A DNA stretch of 64,000 bases from Cladosporium halotolerans (lineage: Eukaryota), in contig NW_027191462.1 in NCBI RefSeq assembly GCF_011745625.1, positions 496,001 through 560,000 of the forward strand, written 5' to 3'. The position numbers were made by a program, and so were the translations under genes. The notes beneath the pieces are model-generated. The model did no database searches. It was not told where the DNA came from and saw only the letters and a list, made by a program, of their open reading frames with translations. The first letter of the stretch is position 1. Every line of letters starts with the position of its first letter. Below are positions 58,613 to 64,000 of the stretch, piece after piece.

Positions 58613-59875
58613 TTACTTGTAGAAATCAAACTTGTCGTGCTCGCTTGTGCCCTTGACCTGGCTGGTGTATGCGTCCTCCAAGTCCTGCTGGATGATGTTG
58701 TACCTGTTCTTGCGCACCGCCCTCAGGCCTGCCTCCTGCATGATGGCAGCAATGACGGCACCAGACAGCGGGTCATTGCGCACGATCAAGCTGTCGAGGT
58801 CCACCTCAGGCGAGAGCGACATCTTCGAAGCGACCGTGGAGAAGATAAGACGGCGCTCACGCCTGTCGCGGAGGTTGGGGAACTCAATCTTCCTGTCCAG
58901 ACGGCCGGGACGGAGCAGCGCAGGGTCGAGGGTGTCTGCGCGGTTGGTGGCCATGATGACCTTGACGTTCGCAGTCTGGTCGAAGCCGTCCATTTGGTTC
59001 AGCAATTCCAGGAGGATACGCTGCACTTCTCTGTCGGCACCGGTCTGCGCATCGAAACGCTTCGTGGCGATGGCGTCGATCTCGTCGATGAAGATAATCG
59101 CCGGGCTGTTCTCGCGCGCCATTCTGAAGACGTCGCGGACCATGCGAGGACCCTCTCCCAAGTACTTCTGCACGAACTCCGATCCGACGACGCGAATGAA
59201 TGATGCAGTCGTGCTGTGCGCGACAGCCTTGACAAGCATCGTCTTACCGCATCCGGGCGGGCCGTAGAGCAAGACACCTCTGGGAGGGTCAATACCAATC
59301 TGTCTGTACAAGTCGAACTGCGTGAGCGGCAGCTCCACGGCTTCCCTGATCTCCTGCTTCTGCATATCCAGACCACCAACATCCGCGTATGAAATGTCAG
59401 GCTTCTCGTCTGCGCCCAGCATCGCAATACTGCTGTCAGCCTCGGGCGGCAGGATGTCGACCAGGCTGTTGCTGTGGCGGTGCAGCGCGACGGACGAAGA
59501 CGGCTTCAGCAACTCGCGGTCCAGCGTCGACAAAATCCTCACAACATAGTTGCTGCCCGTGCTGCTCTGCACAATACCCGTGTTCTGATCGATCGCCTCC
59601 ATAAACTGTCCGATGACAAGCGGCACGCTCTGTATCCTCTTGATCTCCTCCTGTGCCCGTACAAGCTCGCGCTTGAGCGATCGCTGCTCATCCTTGATGT
59701 ACTCTTCTTGCAGCTTGATGTACTCGAGTTGTCGCTGGAGTTTCTTGAAGGTCGAATATTGGTCGTCTTCGGCGCTGAGGCCCTCGATGGTCTCGATGTT
59801 GATGCCGCCGGCGGTCGGTTTCGGCTGGTGCTTATGCGGCGCCTCCGTGTTTGCTGGGTTCAGCACGTCGGCCAT
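58613..59875 (-). CDS. RPT3: 26S proteasome AAA-ATPase subunit Rpt3 (420 aa)
   Basis: [61 protein letters not shown]-terminal FDFYK. Intronless. Confidence 0.97.
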   Translation of the reverse strand: MADVLNPANTEAPHKHQPKPTAGGINIETIEGLSAEDDQYSTFKKLQRQLEYIKLQEEYIKDEQRSLKRELVRAQEEIKRIQSVPLVIGQFMEAIDQNTGIVQSSTGSNYVVRILSTLDRELLKPSSSVALHRHSNSLVDILPPEADSSIAMLGADEKPDISYADVGGLDMQKQEIREAVELPLTQFDLYRQIGIDPPRGVLLYGPPGCGKTMLVKAVAHSTTASFIRVVGSEFVQKYLGEGPRMVRDVFRMARENSPAIIFIDEIDAIATKRFDAQTGADREVQRILLELLNQMDGFDQTANVKVIMATNRADTLDPALLRPGRLDRKIEFPNLRDRRERRLIFSTVASKMSLSPEVDLDSLIVRNDPLSGAVIAAIMQEAGLRAVRKNRYNIIQQDLEDAYTSQVKGTSEHDKFDFYK

Positions 59876-60569
59876 GGTGGATGTCGAGCCTCGCAATTTC
59901 TATTCTGTTCGTGTTATTTGATGTCGGTGGTCACGGTTGGGGCGCGATTGAGGAGTGTCTGAGGCGATGAAGATGGTGTTTGGAGCTTGACGCTGGCAAG
60001 AGGTGACGAAACCCGGCCGGACTTTGGGAGGCGTGAATGCCTGAGGCGTCAAGCTATCACGCGCGCCTCGCTTCGCCGGCCATATTTCATCAACCCAGAC
60101 AATCTCGATTACGAAGTAATGAAGTAGATCCTACACATTTGGAAGATTTTGATGGCATGGATGTGTTATTCTGGTCAGCGACGTCTCATATTACCTACAG
60201 AGAGCACGCCACCTAAATCTAAACTTGGCTTGCGCCTTGCTCTATTGTATCCATTAATATTGTAGGGCATGGCATGCGAAACAGCTGCTGGATTCCCGAT
60301 GCACTTCACGACTCAGCTGAAGGCCTTTTCCCTTCGTCTCAACCTCATGTGGCTTACTTGTTTTCCCACCAGATGTTTGGATCTTAGCTCCATAACTCTC
60401 CATTGTTTCGGCACACATGAGGAACTGTTCCTGGCCCTGGGTAAGAACATCGTATGGATATTTGCGGACGTGGCATCTAAAAGCATGTCGAGAAGCGGTG
60501 GCATCCTCACATGGTACCCATCTGGGCGGCATTGTGTCGTAGATCGTCATCGTAAATCGTTCAGATCAT

Positions 60570-62234
60570 TCATCTCTTCCCCTTCCCTTTCTTACCTTTC
60601 GCCCCACCCCCTCCAGCAGCCGATTTGAGCGCCGCATGGCCGTGGTCCTTAATATGCTGGAAGAGCCTCGTCCGCGAGGGAAAAGTGGCATTGCACGTGG
60701 CACACTTCTGCGCATCATCCGATTGCTGCCCAGCCGAAGCTTCTGCGGCGGCTTTCTTCGCTCGCTTTTGCGCGGCCTTGCCGAGCTTGCGCTGTTGTTG
60801 TGCGGGCTCTGCTTCGTCGTCTGATGCGCCTTCGGTAGGAGTCTGGAGACTTGTCTCCTCCATTCGCTTGCGGATTGTCTCGGGAGAGGCGTAGTCGGAG
60901 TCGGCGTCCGAGTCGGAGGGTGAGGAGGTTTGGGCTGACGGTTCTTGTATTTTGCCCTCGGTAGGGTTCGCGTTTTGTTCTGACGGAGAGTCGTCGTTTT
61001 CTTCGTCGCGGATCTTTTCTTCGGCATCGTCTTCGTTGCCCTTTAGGCCCGCAGCTCCATTGACTTGGCTTTCGTCCTCGACAACCTCAAACGGCTCCTC
61101 GTCGATAAACTCGTAGTCCTCTTCATTGACTTGAGGCGTGCCAGCCCCGCTGTCAACAACATCGTCCAAATCGAGATTCGCATTCTCTTTCTTCATCTTC
61201 TTCTGCAATGCATACACGGCCTTCTGATGCTTCTTGCTCTTCTCGTGCGCTTCAAATTGCCTCTCGCTCTTGAACTCCTTGTTGCAAGCCACGCACTGGA
61301 TGATCTGCTGCTCCTGCTCCTCCTCCTCGCTCTCTTCCAGCTCCTCGGCCTCTCTGAACCTCGTCCACTCAGGAATCTCCGTGTCCTTGATCTTCGCCTC
61401 ATTCTCAGCCCGCGCCCGAGCCCGCTGGTTGGCCGCCGCGTCCCGCAGCGCCTTTTGCCTCTCCGCCTCAGACTGCGTGCTCGGCGTATATCGAGGATCA
61501 CGCTTGCGGACGAACGCAACCAGCACGCGCACCGCCTCGTTGAACTCCCTAATCCCGTCCTGCCGCGCGGCGTTGTTCTCCTTCTCCATGAGCCTCCGAA
61601 TCCGCCGGTCCGGCGCCTCAGACAGCCGATACTTATCCCTCCAGGCGAAACTCTTGACCGTCGCAAAATTCGACCACGCGCTGTAGAACTGCCGTACCAC
61701 GTCGTCGTGCCCGTCGTCCTTGTGCCCAAACGTCGGGTACTCCCTCACATCCACATCCTCCCACTGCCCCGCCGCCTCTTCCTCTTTCGCCAACTGCTCG
61801 AAGGTCTCGCGCACGAAGCCGAAGAAGCCCGACGGCGCGTCCGTGAACTCGACGCCGCTGTTGAACTTGCGCACCAGCCGCGCCAGCTCGTCCGCCGTCG
61901 TCATGCGCACATTCTGGTACGTCGGCGCCGCCGCGTCGCCGCCCGCCCCGCCGGCCTCGCCCCGCAGGATCGAGCTCTCATGGCTGTCGTACCACGCGCG
62001 CTCCTGCGGGTCCGAGAGCACCTCGTACGCCGCCTGCACTTCCGCGAAGGTCTTGGTCGCTTGCTCCTCGTTGCCGAAGTTGCGGTCCGGGTGCAGCTCG
62101 AGCGCTTTACGCCGGTAGGCTTTTTTCAGCTCGTCTTCGGTCGCGGTTCGCGCGGCGCCGAGGAGTTCGTAGTAGCTCGTTTTGGCTTCTGGGGCGGGCG
62201 CCGCGGGCGAGCTGGAGGATTGCGAGGCGCCCAT
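60570..62234 (-). CDS. JJJ1: J-domain / C2H2 zinc-finger co-chaperone Jjj1 (DNAJC21-like, 554 aa)
   Basis: Start MGASQS at 62234; J domain with HPD; FYSAWSNFATVKSFAWRDKY; FVRKRDPR; two C2H2 fingers (CVACNKEF...HEKSKKH and CATCNATFPSRTRLFQHIKDHGH). Confidence 0.92.
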   Translation of the reverse strand: MGASQSSSSPAAPAPEAKTSYYELLGAARTATEDELKKAYRRKALELHPDRNFGNEEQATKTFAEVQAAYEVLSDPQERAWYDSHESSILRGEAGGAGGDAAAPTYQNVRMTTADELARLVRKFNSGVEFTDAPSGFFGFVRETFEQLAKEEEAAGQWEDVDVREYPTFGHKDDGHDDVVRQFYSAWSNFATVKSFAWRDKYRLSEAPDRRIRRLMEKENNAARQDGIREFNEAVRVLVAFVRKRDPRYTPSTQSEAERQKALRDAAANQRARARAENEAKIKDTEIPEWTRFREAEELEESEEEEQEQQIIQCVACNKEFKSERQFEAHEKSKKHQKAVYALQKKMKKENANLDLDDVVDSGAGTPQVNEEDYEFIDEEPFEVVEDESQVNGAAGLKGNEDDAEEKIRDEENDDSPSEQNANPTEGKIQEPSAQTSSPSDSDADSDYASPETIRKRMEETSLQTPTEGASDDEAEPAQQQRKLGKAAQKRAKKAAAEASAGQQSDDAQKCATCNATFPSRTRLFQHIKDHGHAALKSAAGGGGAKGKKGKGKR

Positions 62235-62882
62235 GGTCGTGTCGTGTCCTGCCGGCGAGGGCTGGACTCGAGCAGCCGGGCTGGATGTTGGATCGCTTCG
62301 CGCTGGCGGCGCAGGCACAGAAGTATGTTTATGACTTGGCGTGCTTGGTGGAGGGGTCCCAGAGATTGGGAGATCAGACTTCGAGCCAGGATCTACCCGC
62401 GTGGGCGGCAAAAACGTGGGCCAGAGCCTCATGGCGGCGGCGGTGGCTCGCCAGGCAGCCAGCCGGTTGGACAGCCTCAGGCGAGCCCCGGGGCGTGCGG
62501 GGCCTCAGGCCGAGGGCCGGAGGGCGCGCCGGCCGATCTGGCCAATGCGTGCCGGGGCGTCGTGCGCGTTTTCGCCTGGTGGCGAATCACACGGCGCGCA
62601 GGCGAGGGCGTGGTGCCGCTGGCGCGCCACGCGGGCCGTGAAGAGAAGGTGGTCGTGTGGCCTCCTACTCCAAGCGTGCCTGGTATATAAGATCTCACCC
62701 GCCCCGACGCTATGCGCAAACTTTGTCGCCCGCCAGAAATTCACGCAACCGGAATGCCGCACCGCGATCAACACATCCCTCCCTGATCAATCTGCACCCC
62801 GCGCCACTGTTGGACTGCGTTCCGACCCCACGCCTCCCCCAACGACATCATCACTGCATGAGCTTCGGCCAGTGAAGCCGAC

Positions 62883-64000
62883 ATGAAGTTTGGGCAGGAG
62901 TACGCCGCCGCGCTGGCCAGGGAGGAGTTTCCTCAGCACTGGCTGGCCTCGGCGATCGAATACAAGCAGCTGAAAAAATGCATCAAGAAGGTGCAACGAG
63001 AGCTTATGGACATCGGGCTGGATGCGCCCACGATCGACAAGCTGGCGACATGGCTGCAGGCGCCGGTAGACGAGAAAGCAGCTGAAGGCGAGAAAGCGAA
63101 AGAGTTCGTTTCGATTGCCAAACCAGAGCTTAACACAATTGAGGAGGAGTTTACGCCGCAGCTGAGGGTCCTGGTTGACAGCCGGACCGGAACTCCGCTC
63201 GATGCCACGCTTGCGCCCGAAACGAGGTCGAATCTTGAGAAGCTCGCGAGGAGTGAGATGCTCATTGCTGGCCGCCACGCCGAGCTGGGTCACGCGCTGC
63301 ACCATGTCGACGCTCTTCACTCGCTGCGAAACGACGAGTCGGCTTCGGATGAGTCAGATAAGGATCTGCCGACCGAAACCAAATGGGTGCAGATCCCTCT
63401 GGTATCCGCCAAGCGCTTCTTCGACACGCTGGAGCCTAAGCTGGATGAGCTGAAGGCCCTGAATGAGGCGGAAGAGAAGAAGCTGGAAATGGAAATCCTC
63501 GATCTGGGAGACATGGTGGAGAACGTCACGGAACCAGTCCGCGAAGGTTTCGAGGCCAAGCGAAAGATGAGCTACAGGGATCTTTATTTCTGGCGGGAGA
63601 TGTTCCGACTGTACATGGAGAAGCCTATCTTCTACTCCGAGGCCGAGCGCAATCGAGGCGCGCTGAGCTTTCAGGAGGCGAAGAGCAACCTGGAAGCCTA
63701 CGACAAGCAGCTTAGAGCGACTGGTCTTCTTGCTAAGATGAAGACGCCACTCGCCCAGAAAGCCGCCCAGCGCTTCCTTGACCTAAACGTGGACATCCTT
63801 CGCATCATGCACTTCCAGGAGATGAATGCCCGTGCGATGCGTAAGATTCTCAAGAAGTTTGACAAGCGCACGCATCTCGAAGGTCAGATCTTCATGGCAG
63901 CAGTGCACAAGAAACACGCGGCGCTGCTCGCCTCAGGCAGCAATTCCGGCAGCTCTTTCGCCAACTCAATCGCGCGAGATCTTCAGGCCGAGCTGTCCAC
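62883..64000 (+). CDS. SPX-domain protein, probably the fungal SPX-RING E3 ligase; runs off the right edge
   Basis: ATG 62883: MKFGQEYAAAL...WLASAIEYKQLKKCIKKVQREL; later DLYFWREMFRLY and FQEMNARAMRKILKKFDKRT. The RING is not within the window. Confidence 0.85.
   Translation, partial: MKFGQEYAAALAREEFPQHWLASAIEYKQLKKCIKKVQRELMDIGLDAPTIDKLATWLQAPVDEKAAEGEKAKEFVSIAKPELNTIEEEFTPQLRVLVDSRTGTPLDATLAPETRSNLEKLARSEMLIAGRHAELGHALHHVDALHSLRNDESASDESDKDLPTETKWVQIPLVSAKRFFDTLEPKLDELKALNEAEEKKLEMEILDLGDMVENVTEPVREGFEAKRKMSYRDLYFWREMFRLYMEKPIFYSEAERNRGALSFQEAKSNLEAYDKQLRATGLLAKMKTPLAQKAAQRFLDLNVDILRIMHFQEMNARAMRKILKKFDKRTHLEGQIFMAAVHKKHAALLASGSNSGSSFANSIARDLQAELS

Overview
Gene-dense, GC-rich fungal chromosomal DNA with spliceosomal introns (GT...CTAAC/CTGAC...AG). 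It is a filamentous ascomycete, by protein style probably a Dothideomycete (inference). I can support about 24 protein-coding genes, with exon structures read from the sequence: DUR3-type urea transporter (partial), BCK1 MAPKKK, GH47 alpha-1,2-mannosidase, COA6, SYS1, a small secreted Arg-tract protein, a Dal5/Tna1-family MFS permease, a YAT amino-acid permease, an orphan ORF, a LACTB2-like metallo-beta-lactamase, a Nab3-like RRM protein, FluG, an NRT2 nitrate transporter, RPS20, CUE3/ASCC2, a mucin-like PAN/NIDO-like secreted protein, CCT6, NOP56, a CHS4/SKT5-like Sel1 protein, a small 4-Cys protein, CCR4, RPT3, JJJ1 and an SPX protein (partial). No tRNA, rRNA, transposon or CRISPR array was recognised. 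The best leads, all hypotheses, are: (1) RPS20 (uS10) head-to-head with CUE3, the reader of ubiquitinated uS10; (2) a fluG whose two catalytic domains are joined only by a 213-nt intron at the domain boundary; (3) a NirA/GATA-site-rich divergent promoter shared by fluG and a stand-alone nitrate transporter; (4) a (Pro-Arg)5 uORF ending 5 nt before the NAB3 start; (5) an open frame and hairpin after the BCK1 UAG; (6) a TATA-containing 66-68 bp intergenic tandem unit; (7) a recurring 5' C-rich to 3' G-rich switch inside genes.
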